DNA of 64,000 nucleotides from Octopus vulgaris (lineage: Eukaryota), in the NCBI GenBank assembly GCA_951406725.2, contig OX597815.1, forward strand, positions 124,434,001 to 124,498,000, in the 5' to 3' direction. The translations under genes were made by a program, and so were the position numbers. The notes beneath the pieces were generated by a model, which was given only the letters and a program-made list of their open reading frames with translations, was not told the origin of the DNA and made no database searches. Below, piece by piece: positions 13,931 through 28,559 of this stretch (its first letter is position 1; every line of letters starts with the position of its first letter).

Positions 13931-16557
13931 GCTAGGCTTCGTAATGTGTAAATATAAGTATACTTTTAAAAAGGGTAAAATATATGCATGCATTTTACGG
14001 TTTGCATCTGTGTATTTCTTTTCTACTACGCAAGTAGTTTAAAGATTTGCGTGTGAATATGTATAAAATTAAAAACAACAGCATAAAACTAGAATTAATA
14101 GCATCACAACAACTCATAAAAACATTTGTGTGCATTTGTAAGTATTCTTAGAAGTGTGTGTGAACATATGGTTGTAGGCTATGAGCGAATGTGCATGTAT
14201 GTCTTTGTGCTTATGTGCAGGAGTATGTGTGTGAAACGTTTGTATATGCAAGTTTTGGCTTAACAAAGGGAAAACAGTGAAACACCTGTGAGCAGGAGTT
14301 CTAAAATTTAACTGCAGCCAAACCCTACTATCTTGTATGGACAGTGGGGTTTTAAATATGTGATACTGTGATTAGGGTTAGGGTTAGGGTTACATTCATG
14401 TGTATTTTCTATTTACTGTGATACCGTGATGGTATGTAAGTTCTGTATTATATGTATTTAAAACTATTGTCTGAATATGGTTACATGTATGTGCAGTTAC
14501 AAGTTTGTGTATATGCACTTTAAGGTTTAGGAAGGTGTATGTGTGTGTGGTATACTTATATGCATGTGTATGCATTTTTGCGCTGAATTTCTTGTCCTGT
14601 ATCATGCACTCAGACGTATATACAAGATTAAACAAATATTACTTTATGAATAGTGCGGAAATGCGCAAAAATAAAAGTGGAACCCTGGCCTGTTGTGTAA
14701 TTCCAGTCCCACCGGCCCACGAAGGGTTAATAAGTTTTATTTCATTTCTAAAATTCGAAAATAACAATATTCTTTGATTTTGATATACACCACTGGATAA
14801 AATTGCTAAGAATATATGCTACTTAAAAATTTCAGTTTTAAATTTCCATATGAGAATAAGGGACAACATTAAACATGACATCAGTATGCATTAATCAAAC
14901 TAATAAATGCTTATATATACATGGGAACACTGAATGCTCGCAGATACAAAACATCATTTATAAAACCTCTACCGAGTAGAACATTTCATCTCCAGCCTAC
15001 ACGTTAAGACGCACAGCAACACAAAATTAACAGAATAAAACTAGTCAATAAATGTTAAATATTTTCAGACTTGAAGCTCTTGAACGATTCAATCAATTGA
15101 ACATAATAAATAATTATAGCCTTCACTTGCAGCTAGCATGACATAGTAGAATGTACTATGCTTTTGCTAATTGTTTTGAGTGCTTATGTAGTCGTTTGCA
15201 GATGTAGACACCTACTCGACTCTCCCACTTCTGACCCTGTAGAACGAAGCTCGGCAAGATGAACTAGCACTTGTCTGATACTCAATTTTCGGTTGAGCAG
15301 ACGGGAGCAATGTGAAATAAAGTCCCTGGCTTAAGGATCCAATACGCTACTAGATCCTAAAATGGAGTCCAGGGTTGTATCTTCGTGAAAATATCGCCAT
15401 AACCTTTAGGCTATTGACTACATCCACTTACATCCACTTAACGAAGGACATAAACAAAAGATATATGTATCACACGAATTAAATGTATCTAGGCTATAGA
15501 GCAGATGATGTAAATAATCTCCTCGCATAACGCAACATCCATCATAACCTTGCATTTGTAATGATTCCATTAATAATGCATTAACCGAAAAAAAATCTCA
15601 TTAACAATAAACCACAAGCCTATAAGCTACTGATTAAATTTCAGACAACTAATGTAATTTACAAACTCATATGCAAACATGAATGTTGCAAGCATCATGA
15701 GCAACTAAATGGCCATGTATGTAAAACAAAAAGACGATTACATGGTGTAGAAAAAGAAAAAATAAGCATTAATTGATAACGAAACTATCTCTCCTAAAAT
15801 CCTTCACCCCCGTCCAAAGAAAATTAGACACGGAAGCTATGTAAACAGAAACAAAAGAAAGCAGGCATAGAGAGAAAATAACGCACACAAAAATGGCATT
15901 TTCTGATTGCTGAGAGTAACCTGTTGTCAACTGTCAAATAAATAAATATTTAATGATAATGTAAAAAAGACTTTACATGGTTCCGATTATCCTTCTCTGC
16001 GATGAAACAGCAATAACAGCCGCTACTAAAATCATTTCATTTATGACTTGATACTTCGATAGATTTGGAGAATGTATTGCAACAAAAGAAATGAAAATAA
16101 GTAGAGGCGGTGTGAATATAAAACATGTACAGGTTGTCATACTGCACCTCATAACGATTCATCAGAACATGTTGGTATGTGAGGTTTGGTCTTCAGCTAG
16201 GCAGAAGTATGATCAATTCAACAAGAGACCTGTGTTTTGTCGCTTGGGTGACTTAGAATGTACCAGATACGGCACGTTTGATCGAAGCTGACATAGTGCT
16301 CAACATAAACTAGAGGGACTAAAAATAAAATGTGTAGGTATGAATGTATAGATTTATATGTGTAACGACACTTCTTCTTCTGTTTTACATTTCATTCAGA
16401 TATAATGAAACAAATCTAATGAATAATGGAGCATATGAAATTATTGTATTTTTTTTATTGTAAAAATGATGAGGGTGAAATACGAACAGTAACTTCAATT
16501 TTAATTTTGGTGAAAAATCAAGTGATTTTACAGTAGTTTCTAAATCCTTTCTGTGTG

Positions 16558-16624
<67 letters not shown>

Positions 16625-16625
16625 A

Positions 16626-16769
16626 ATATCACTGGTCCTCTTCAGCCTCTTCAAGCCTACAGTACAGTTTGAGAATATCTCGCTATTCACCGATCTCTAG
16701 TATTTGGTTTCCTCATGACATATATATATGCGTTGTAGGATTGAAGAGGCTAAAGAGGGACAGTGATAT
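16626..16769. mobile_element. Small MITE-like inverted repeat
   Basis: ATATCACTGGTCCTCTTCAGCCTCTTCAAGCCTACA / TGTAGGATTGAAGAGGCTAAAGAGGGACAGTGATAT; ~36-bp arms with few mismatches, TA flanks. Confidence 0.75.
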
Positions 16770-17642
16770 TATCTAGCCTCATATACACACACAACTCCCG
16801 ATAAACAAAGTTGGTAAACAACCCGAGATGGAAAGATTATTCTAATCTTTACAATATACATATACATGTACACAGTCATGGAAACATACACTCAAACATA
16901 AATAAACAAAAAATATAGATATCGTGTTTGTGAATTGGGGTTTATGTGTGTAAATTCAGAGATGTGACAGTTTATTTGTATTTAGATGTCTGCATTAACG
17001 TTTTATATATGTACACACACACACACATACACGCACACATGTATGCATGCACTCACGCACATACATGAACGCACGTAAGTAGATGCTCGTACCTGTACGT
17101 GTATGTGTATGAAGTATTAGGTTTGTTAGCCTACTTAAATGATAATTCTCTGTGCATGTGTAGATATGTTTATGTACTGAAACTGACTCAACCCCAACTC
17201 ACACACATTCATCGAAATTGAAAAATATTCAAAGTTTATTCTCTTTAACTCACACACTAGAATGTACATATACATTATACACAACACACACAAAATAAAT
17301 ACATAGTCACATAGGGAGTTACAGCATTCAGACAAGATAGGCTTGTGAACTCCTCGCGGCCCTTAGTGTTTTTTAGCCTGAGACTGGATGGAAATCTCAG
17401 GCAGAATTATTGAGCGAAAGCCTTTAACCAGCGAAATCTGGCTGCATCCCATGAACAGATGTTAGGAAATGAGCAGCAATGAAATCTGATAATTAGGAAA
17501 GGAAATTGCTCCGCTTTTGACCTATAGTTCAGTGACAGGTAATGAGAGGCGCAAACTAGAAGTCCAGTGTTTCAATTATTTGCACTGTTGCAATGAGTTG
17601 TTGAACAAATGTGTGCCTACCAATCTTCCCTGGAAACCTATT

Positions 17643-19977
17643 TAAGCCACAGGCTAGTGGGGGTCATGTTGCACCACCCTTGTCATTTAATGGGCATTTT
17701 CATTAGCCCTGGGTCTAACAAGTCTGAGAATTGATGTGGCCAGAAAGAAAATCGGGATGGAAGATACTCCCATGGACTTTTTGACCAAGCCTAGTTTTAC
17801 AGCTGGAGGTAGAAAATTAGGGGTATGGATAATTGAAACTGCTCTAACTTTGCAACTCTCCACCAAAATATTCTATATGACCACTTAAAATGTTGGCCTG
17901 GTCAAGACCTACAAGACTGTGCAAATGTTATGCAAATTTATTCTGTAAAAAGGTTACCAGAGGTCAAAAGGTAATCAACCTTGACCTTTACCTATAATAT
18001 TTCGAATGTATGAGTTTTATTTATCATCAGACCCTATCAAAGTTTTTTTTGTTGTTTTTGTTGTAGAAAATCCATCGAAATGAAGGATTATAGGTGTTTT
18101 TATATCACCAGTCTTAAAAGTTTGAAAAGAAGTAGCATTTGCTCTGTGGTATGGGATATATAGTTCAACACTTTTACATATGCTTTTTTGTATCGCTGAA
18201 TGTGTCGAATAAGAGTAAGGCAAAATCTAGCAATTAATACTTTGGAATCTTTCACTGAATCACTGCAAATCACCATACACAATAATTTATATTATAATTA
18301 TAATCATAATTGGACCTATAAAATGAAACATCAAATTATGAAAATTTTTTACAAGATGGATCATGTAAGGTCAAATGTCAAAACATTTTGTGAGATGATT
18401 GTCGAAATGAATTTGATGATTAATGATTATATCAATTAGGTAATTATGATAAGGTTGACAATACAGCTCTATTGTTTCTTGAATACGATAAAAACAAAAA
18501 GAAGTACCATTAAAATCTGAAATATGGAAACACGTGGAAACTAGAATGATATATCAAAAGAATCACTATTTATTAAATTTTTGTTTCCTTTTCAGATATT
18601 GCTTTGAAAGATACAATCGCGAACTTTGCAAAGCCTTCAGTGACCAGACCATACGAAGGAATGGATGGACAATGGAAGCTAGAATCATGAAGTCGAAGTG
18701 GGCAGAGGGTGAAGAGATGCGTTGTCAGTTGGTGGACATTCTTGAAGAAGAACTTGAAGACGAAACTTGCGTATCTGGTTCTAACTCTGATAGTGACAGT
18801 GAACCTAATGAAAGTGATTTCCTTGACAGAGTAGTGATACTGAAAGTGATGGTGATGATTATTAATCGGACACTTGAAATGACTCAGGAATGTAATAGAT
18901 AGTTCACAAATAACGTTGTCATCTTTGGCAATCATACGGCGTATGTGTATGGGACGAAGTCCTATGCATTACAAAGTTAATGAAACTAAGAACAGATATA
19001 ACTGTCGGGAAAATAACATACAACCAGGATAAATGCTTACTGGGTGCTCAGCTGAGATTTCTAACTCAATTTTAAAGCAAACTCGTACATTCATTGATTT
19101 AATTCTGTGTATATACCTACCTGGAAGGAAGGTAACTGCTGCAACACTTGAAAAAGATTTTGTTTAAACTTGAGAGATAAAAAGTATTATAAAATCTAGC
19201 ATTTGTTTCAATATTAAACTTATATGGCACATTTCATACCAACCATGTATACCAAACTGCTGTGGTGTAGGTAGGGTAAACTTTTGTTTACTTAAATATC
19301 TGCATAATTTGATGTTTCATTTTATAGATCAACACGAATATCCTCTTCTGTGGTCATTTGAAATGATTCAAGGAAAGATTCCAATGTACCACTTGCTAGA
19401 TTTTGCCTTGCTTCTATTCGGCATATTCAGCAATACGTAGAAAACAGTATGTAAATGTGCAGAAATATCTCACATTCCACGGGGTAAACACTACTTCTTT
19501 TCAATTTTCTTTTACTTCTGGTATTTAAAAGCACATGTAAACTTTCGTTTTGATTAATTTTCAATAAAAGAAAACGTTATATGGTCTTGGTGATAAATAA
19601 AACCTGTAAATGTGAGATAGAGGTAAAGGTCAAAGTTCGTGACCTTTTGACTTCTGGTGACCTTTTACAGAAGAAATGTCCTTATCATTTGCATGAACCT
19701 GTAGATTTAGACCAGGTAATCATTTTAAGAGGGCATTTGAAATATTTTGGCGAAGAGTTGCAAAGTTAGAGCGGTTTGAATTTTCCATACCCCTAATTTT
19801 CTACCTCCAGCTGTAAAAGTGGGCGTGGTCAAAAGGTCCATGGAGGTATCTTCCATCACAAGTTTTTTGCTGGCAACCTCAATCTTCCGACTTGTTAGAC
19901 CCAAGGCTACATGAAAATATTCATTAAAGTAAATCACAAGGGTGGTGCACCATGACCCACCACTAGCCTAAGGCCTA
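17643..19977. mobile_element. Non-autonomous DNA transposon with ~350-bp TIRs, Academ-like
   Basis: Arms 17643-17993 and 19621-19977 are diverged reverse complements; termini TAAGCCACAGGCTAGTGG / CCACTAGCCTAAGGCCTA; identical 3-bp flanks ATT (17640-17642, 19978-19980). Superfamily inferred from TAG...CTA-type ends, 3-bp TSD and long TIRs. Confidence 0.75.
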
Positions 19978-22900
19978 ATTATTCTGTAAAAAGTTGCCAG
20001 TGGTTCTGTGAGGAATATTGATAATTATATGCAAATGTGCTTTTGAGTAATCCTATGGTAAATTTATGATATATGCATGGAATCTGACGAAATTAAGGAA
20101 ACTCTACAAGAAAATTACCTTGCAACCATGAAGGAATTTGCTTTAAACAAAATTTTGGTTTAGATGAAATTTTTCAAACCCACTTTGTGACATCTGACGA
20201 AGTTAACACTGCTGAATCTTTCACAAATAGTAACATGATTGTTAAATTTGTTTAACTTTATGAAACAAGAAAGTTAATAAAGATAAATAATGGTGGTATT
20301 TCAAACATTCCCCAAATTGCATATATTTAGTAAACACTTCCATTGATAGTCATATAACAGCCCAAATGTTTCTATATTATCTTACAATTATCTTTGCGTT
20401 GATATGATACTTCTAACTGCTACTGGTAATGTCTGGATAGATCTAAGTAAGCATCTTTCTTAGGTGCAGTGATGCTATTAATACGTTTACTAATAAATAC
20501 GAGTGTTTCGTTAACTTATAAAAGTAAAAATGAATTTCAAGTTTCTTTGGCATAACCCTGTACTTAAAACATTTCATATTTTATTTTACGGAAGTCTCTT
20601 ATGAAGCGTGTGCGCGCGTACATACTCACTTTTGATAGCATCATTTTTCAAATTTCTGGCGGTGCTGTAGTATTTTGGAAAAGCGTTATCTTAAAAAGAT
20701 GTTGATAAATGTTAAGGTATTTAAGAAACATTCTATAACCACTAAATCGTTGGGGAAATCAACACGAAGTCAACAGAACCAAAGAGTCTATTTGAAGATC
20801 AAATCACTAAGATGACTGATAACGCTGATGGTGTCGCCTTGTCTGTTGCTGAAAGATCAACATTCTGAGTAGTCAGCATATTTAAAATTACTGACATATG
20901 GATGGTTTGCGGAAGATTACACGAAATCTATGAGTCAAAATATTTATGAGACACCATAAGTGAAACAGGGATAAACAGGAGCATCTACGTGGGCGTTCAA
21001 CTTAGAAATAGCAGCGAAAATTTCCTCAACTAATACTCTACTGTCGTAAAAATACTTGAGATAAGGTATCATAGATACACTATTTCTGAGAAAAAAGAAA
21101 AAGATGATGGGTAAGTCAGTAATATAACACACTTAATCACAGTTCTGTTTAATCAAGACTGACCCAGAGCTAAACAGAAACAACAACAACAATAACAGGT
21201 ATTTTGCATATATTTTCAAGGTCTAATTCGTGCAGTTACAATTTACCATACCGTTATACTTATACGCCAAGTTCTTTTATTTTCTCTCACTATTTTCTTG
21301 CACTTGAACAATTTAAGTGTTGGCATTAACTTGGAGAGAGAACGAGGTACCACCAACCTGTCTCTTTGTGTTTGTACCATTTTATCACAGAAGGGAGGGT
21401 CCACAAGCCTTTAGTTTTTTTGCGGAACCTATAGGATGGCTGGAGGCGAGCAGGTTCTCTTCTAGTAAATTCTTTTACAGTCTTTCTTTAGCAAGAGAGG
21501 ACTTCAGGACATCCGTCACATTTAAATGATCTTCTAACATGGTTGGTCGAGCTTCAAGAAATAGCAACTAAATTTCCATACTTTAAATTACTTTCTGCCG
21601 CTCTTAAAAGGGAAGGACACATTGGATAATGTAGTCTCAGATGCACAAAACTTAGTGTTTGTTCAGAAAATAGATATCTGGCGCTAAACAACAATAACAT
21701 CAACTGTGCAACTCAGTATTTAATAATGAACCTAAAATCTAATATTGGAGGAAAATTAGTATTAAATCTTGATGTTATTATCAAACAATAATTGGTACCT
21801 GCGTTCTGCAAAAATATTTCATGTACAGGATTGGGTTTTTATAGCTTTTGATTGAAACTGACTCCTGGCTGTTTATAAATCTAATATTGAAGCTCGTTAC
21901 GTAAAATTGCATAAAATGGGTCTCACTAACAATATTGTTTTCTCACACAGGTACAAGGCCTCAAATTTAGAGGAGGGCAATAGTTGATTTCATTGACCCC
22001 AGTACTTTATTGGTACATTATTTAATCGATTCCTGGCCTATGAAAGGATCTCGGTAGGTTTTAACACAGAATGTAAAGATCCATAATCATATTCTTCAAG
22101 ATATTTTGTCCGACTCGTTAACGGTTTTGTCTGTCTACGGCTCTATATTGAAAAGAAATTACACACTCGCGCACAGAAAAAATGAGAGTGTGCGTCCGGC
22201 AACGATTTGATGTTACTCACACTTCAGAAGTAACTGCACCACTATATTAGAGACAAACATTTATTTGTATTTCTTATTCCCAAAATGTTAAATCAGAATA
22301 CATTCGCCAACAATTTCGTGTTTAAAACCATCTGTATATTATCCTGAAAGTTGAAATAATGCTAACCAGCAAACTTGTTTTTAAAGAAATGTCATTGGTG
22401 GTTATCTGCTTTGAATACAAGGAATACAGACTACTGAAAGTATCTATTATTAGACATTTTATACTCCCCAATTTTCCATTTGATGACTATAAAGTTCCTT
22501 AACATTCATAGTATAATTGGCAATATTGTTTAGATAGCGACTTGATGCTAAATGAAGATATTGTGCCAACATTCTTTCAAAATTACTAACTTCTTAATAA
22601 AGAGATATTTTATCGTGTAACACCTATGAAGCATGTCTACATGATACATACAGAAACACATCATGCACACATACAGAGAAAATGTATATGATTGTCTATA
22701 AGGTGTGTTCGTATGTGTATATATAATATATAAATATACATAGATAAAAGATGTATATATTTACATATGTGTATGCATATATTTTCGTTTATGTCTGTTT
22801 ACACACATATATATATACATACATGTAGCATACATACAATAATTTGATTAATAAATGTCTAGTAAAGTGTAGATTCAAATATTGCTTTAACAATCGATGG

Positions 22901-23940
22901 TACTATGCTGCGTATTCCATCCTATCACTCAAACTTTAATGCTCCAGATATTTAAATGTAGTTATATTAACAGATATGTGTAGCGATGATATGGCATAAC
23001 TGACGTATGTTCTCATTTGCTGTTCTAAATTTAATGCTCCTAATAGTCCTGATAATAATATTGGCGAAATTGTTTTCATATCGTTCCTTGAATTGTCGTG
23101 TTAAGATAAGGAAATGTTCAGAATTTCTCTGAAATATCAACGGATCATGGGACATGGCTTTTCTAAAAGATAACTAGCAGTAATAAGTCAACAAACACGT
23201 CCCTTCATTTCCAGCAGTATGCTCATGGACTACTTTGTATATTGTGTCCTTCTATTTCTTAAGACGTTGGCTTGTCAAAAGAGTTCATGAAGTCCCCCTT
23301 GTTTATGACCGTACATACATGCGAGGAAATGTAAGTGGGTATGCATTCAGATTTATATGCTTGTATATGTCTATGTATATTTGAATATATATGTATGTGT
23401 AAGTGTATGTAGATGTCTATTTGGTAGTTGATGCTGTTTTATGTATGCATGTATTTATGCTCGCTTGCGTTTCTACGTGGGCGTGAGTGTAAATGTAGTG
23501 TTTGCTTTTCTCTCGAGCATATATATGCGTATGTGTGGGTATAACTGTTTGTATTTCTGGACAGTGTTTCCATGCTGTTACTTTCTTCACCTCCCTTCAA
23601 CGAATTTTTAAAATAAATCTTCTGTTGTTGCTGTGTTCCTTTTATTTTTTTTACTAACAAAAAGTTCTGCTCGAGACGTCTGACTTCTATTCCTCTTCCC
23701 CTAAAATAATTCCTATGCTTCATTAGTTTGTATTGCTTTATGCAAAATATCATTGCTTTTTTTATATTTAACTGTTTTACAAGCTAATTATTTGATGCTT
23801 CGATCTCATTGCTTTAATTTATGCAAATATTCCCCAGTTTTCAAGTATTTCGAGACTGTACCATTAACTTATTGTCTGTCTATCTGTCTCCCTCTCTCTC
23901 TCTCTCTTAACTTGCTATGAAAGTTTGTGCTATTACTCAG

Positions 23941-24120
23941 GGAACAGCTCACTACCAATGACACTAGTGAACTCCAGACACTTCAACAAAGATGTTAGCA
24001 TTTTACTCACTTGGCCCATTGACACATTTTCGAAAACAAAAAAGAAAATGCATATTACAAAGCACTTCATTTTGCCAATACATTTTAACACGAGTAATGG
24101 TTTACCACTAATGAAATGTA
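23941..24120 (+). pseudogene. Possible hAT transposase C-terminal (dimerisation domain) remnant
   Basis: ALHFANTF*HE*WFT loosely resembles LPFATTYLCExGFS; heavily degraded. Confidence 0.3.
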
Positions 24121-24259
24121 CAAATTTAGTCATTCTTTGCGGTATCTTTACAATATAACAAAATGAATTTCAAAAGGCTAAAATATCGGCTTCATTTAAC
24201 GTTTAGTAAGAATAACATAAATTTGCACTGATAGATATAATGTTAATATTTTGTTGAGC

Positions 24260-25100
24260 GAATTCCGCCGAGGTCTACTTTGCTTTTGATCCTTTCGAGG
24301 TCCATAAAATAAGTATCAGTTAAGCACTGAGACTGATGTAATCGACTTACCTCCTACTGCGAAATTTGCTTGCCTTGTGCCAAAATTTGAAACCGATATT
24401 ATTTAAATGTCTAAGGCGGCCATTTGGCAGAATCATTAGCACGCCAGGCAAAATATTTTGCAGTATTTCATTCGTCTTAACGCTTTGTGTTCAATTCCTG
24501 TCGACTTTGTCTTCCATTTTTGTTTTTGGTCGCGAGGAGCATCGATAAGATAAGTGCCAGTTGAGCACGGCGTCGGTGTAATCGATTTACTTCCCACACG
24601 CAAAATCTGCTAGCCTCTTGCCAAAATTTGAAACCAATATTTTTTTGAGCAAGTTATTCTGGTTGTTTACACACTGGTTTTAACTTAAGTCAACTTAACT
24701 TTTCATCCTCTCGGGCTCGGTAAATCAAGTACAGAGGCAATATTATTGACATACAAGGCGGCGAGCTGGCGGAAACGTTAGCACGCCGGGCGAAATGCTT
24801 TGCGGTATTTCGTCTGTCGTTACGTTGTGAGTTCAAATTCCGCCGAGGTCGACTTTGCCTTTCATCCTATCAAAAACAATAAAGCGGTGAGCTGGCAGAA
24901 TAATAAGACTGCCAGAAAAAATACTTCGTGGCATTATACCGTTTCTTTACGTTAGAAGTTTAAATTCCGCCGAGGTCTTTGCCTTTCATCTTTTCGAGGT
25001 CGATAAAATATATATGCCCGTCAAGTATTTGGGTCGACGGAACTGACTAAACCTCTTCCTTTAAAACTGCAGGCCTTGTGCTATAATTAGAAACCAATAT
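24260..25100 (+). mobile_element. Cluster of family B SINE copies
   Basis: Four full or partial copies; the best-preserved head is at 24756-24868. Confidence 0.85.
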
Positions 25101-25778
25101 TTGTTAGCTAATTAGTATTGAAAATAGTTCTAAGCGATGCTCCATTATTTATTTAAAATACTGGAGAATTCCCCAAATAGTATTTTACTTTTATTTGTTT
25201 CTTTAACGCAGCAGCTGATGTAGTGCAAACTATAGACACTCTACCCTTGGTAATGTAATATAATTACTTGTTTGCCTAACGATTTTAGGCCATTTGTCAA
25301 GAGTAGACATCCAGTAAAATAAAAAAAAATATAAAGAAATTATTTCCTTGATACGTTATGGGACATAACATTCTTTGTTACTTAAACTTTAGAAGAAATT
25401 CCTACGACAATGTAGATTACGAAATAGAAACTCTGTTATGGAACCATGTATGTGTAGTGATTAGTTAAGATGGTGGACGATATATTGATGATTAACGGTC
25501 TTGATGAATAACGGAATACTTTCTTTTTTTTCATTTTTAGCTTATCTCAGCATATTTTCTAGCTTAGAATGACAAGTAAATTGATATTATCTTAAACTTC
25601 GCATTGACATCCACTACCTTAACTATATATGGAATATACCAAGAATGTATATGTAGTAGTTAGTTTCCATTACAAGAATGTAACTTCTGTTAGAAACAAA
25701 TTGATATGTATACACACACACACATATATAGATAGACATATTCAAAACACTAACATATACAGGCATATCTATCGATAT

Positions 25779-25812
<34 letters not shown>

Positions 25813-25879
25813 CTATATATCTGCTTTACTGACTCAGTGTGCTGCTGTTTATACAAACATCGCGCCTAAAAGAAGTCTA

Positions 25880-26195
25880 TTCTTCTGACTTGAAATCATT
25901 AACCCAACTGACCAGCATGCATTAATCTCAAGCTTATAATCTCGTCTCTTTGTTCAATCACTTTCACAAAGGCATCTCTTCTGAAATACTCTGAGATATA
26001 GTTTCTACAACCAGGCCAACCATTCTTCCCTAATTTTTCGCTTTTTGTCTCACCTCACCTCCTTAGGAACCAACTTATGTTGTTTCTCCCTCCTAAGAAT
26101 GCAAAACTCTGGAATTGTCTATCCGCCCAGTTTCCCTGTAGATGTTAGCTTTCATGTGTTCAAAGTAAATATCGACCACGTCAGTCTCACTAACG
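25880..26195 (+). pseudogene. 3' end of a CR1/Jockey-group LINE ORF2, degraded
   Basis: Fragments LFNHFHKGISSEIL, KLWNCLSAQFP and VFKVNID appear in the order of the post-RT motifs LFYxYFHGxCSxEL, LWNxLP..FP and FKxxVN. Confidence 0.6.
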
Positions 26196-28559
26196 TGGGA
26201 CTGTATGCAAAGGCAATAGAAATTGCCCTTCCTTCTCTGAATAACGAATAATGGTAGAGTTTTAGTAAATATGACAAAGCCTGAACAAAGACGGGTCAAG
26301 CGAAAAGTTTGAATGGAATTTTTTTACGTGCGTGCAATGGAATGACAAAGAGAAAAAATGAAGCGCACGCACTCTCGTTAGTGTTAATTAAATGTAGGCA
26401 GTTGAGCTCTATTTGATTTATATAATACAGAAAGTAAAGTTCATGAATTTGATTTTGCGAATGCAAGTGCGAATGAGTTTTCCTGCAAACAACAGTTTTG
26501 AATTATAATTCTAAATATAAACATATAATTTAGCTGTAACATCAAACTCATTTTCGGCTTACATTTAATTCATATTTACTATGTTAATTCTATAAGTCAA
26601 AGAATGAGTAAATAACTATCTTAATCCTTCGTATAATGTTTCTCACAACCATAAACTTACAATCGAAGTCTCTTATCTTCAAATTTAGATTCGCAGTCTC
26701 TTGCGTCCCCAAATTTAAACCCGCGCCTGGACGACGATATCTGTCCTACTCCAAAAGTGACACCCCCAAAAACCTTATAACTCTAACAATGAATAATTTA
26801 TAAGATTTTCCAAGGAAAAGTATAATAGTACTAAAACATCCTGTAGGCTTATTAGGAGGGGGACTAACTGTAGCACGGTGAGTCAATGAAACATTTGTCA
26901 ATTATACGGTACTTCAACTTCCTATGATGAATTGTATTAGCTGCACTTATATGTTATATGAAATGTGTCAGACAATGAGGTGCACTGCGGCAAATACAAC
27001 ACATCGATGATGAACAGATATCAAATATAATCAGTTCAGACTTCAACCGTTCGTTATTGGGTTCGAACTGAGAACATGTAAACGCATTTAAAAGCTTCAT
27101 ATAATTATTACATTACTGTTCCAAAGCATTTAATCATACACACTGATATTTCTACCTAGAACTCATCACGACAAAAAATGATGATCAATATTTTTTAAAG
27201 GAGTGATATAGCAGACTGAAGATATCACAGTACAATAGAGGTACTTATTTCAACGAGCTCGAGAGATGGAAGGTTAAAAAGTGATCGGGTAGAATTTGAA
27301 CTCAAAATGTAAAGGAATGTAATTAGATTCGGCAAAGTAAATTTAGTCAGCCACTACTCTAAACATTTTACCACCCACGCACACATTGCTTAACCCAAAT
27401 ACTAGAGGTACCTGTACACTGACCTTATATGTCGGTTAAGATAATATCAATCGATTCCACCTCTACCTTAGTCGAGATATTTGATATTTTCTCTGGTCAT
27501 AGATTTACTCTAAAGCAAGTTTGAAGGTGAGCATTCTTACCGAGTGCTGTGAATGATTGTTTGAAAGAAACGAAGCAACCGCTAGACAATAGTAACAATG
27601 CAATGTAAATATTAAGGATATTTTCAAATGTCATTAGGGCGGTAAAAATTGACTGGAAAGGAAAACCAGAGTGACTCAGTAAGTAACATGAACAGCAGCA
27701 GCAACATTTCCTTGGCGTCTCTAGTGATATTGTCAGGCACTGCTGATAGTACCACCTTTTCAATTAAAAAATATACTGTGGCCACTAACATCAGCGATAA
27801 CAATGATGATAGAACCATGCCTCAACCTTACTCTTGTTTACTTTGCCTTTCTCTTCATATTATGAGGAAGCTATTGAGTTGAATATCATTTAGAAATAAT
27901 CTAGAGTAAAAGAGAAAAATATCCTGGGATTAAAGCTGATACACAAATGTTATAGTCAAAAGCAAGGAAATGAATGAACACTTTGTTACTTTTGACAGCT
28001 TAACAATAGTTTATAGCTAGATACAAGTGATCTATAAGTTAGATAAAACTTGCCTATTTCAGTAATATTGCAAACACGAAAGAGGGTAAAATGATAAGTG
28101 TTTTCGGAAGCACGAAGCACACTAGTACAAAATGTGTTGCAGGTCCCCAGTTTATGATCTCTACTTCTCAAATGGATGAAATAATGGGGCTTCACCTCGG
28201 TTTAATATTCATTTCTAATACTGACAAGAAATTTAGAAGAAAAGCGTGATTAATTAAAATAGCCCCTAGTATTTGGAAGATACATTATTTTATCGACTTA
28301 GGAATGATAAAAGTCAAAGTCTTCCTAAGTGAGATTTGAATGCAGCATAAATGTAAGCAACTAAATATGATAGAACAATGTGTCAAGCGTTTGGCTACAA
28401 TAGATTTCTTATATATTCACAATACCTTACATGTAGAGGAAGGTTATAACTGCTTATATTAATCCAAGCATTCCAACTGTTATTTTTTAATCGACCCCGA
28501 GATGAACAAACGGAAATGTTGATCATAGTAGGATTTGAACACCAGCGAGTAAAAGTTGC

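Noticed and set aside
14270-14730. Possible piggyBac element ending GAAGGG|TTAA with internal (TTAGGG)3
   Set aside because: No matching TTAA|CCC left end found.
20084-20205. Two CTGACGA motifs, one followed by GAAAC
   Set aside because: No helix II or helix I pairing.
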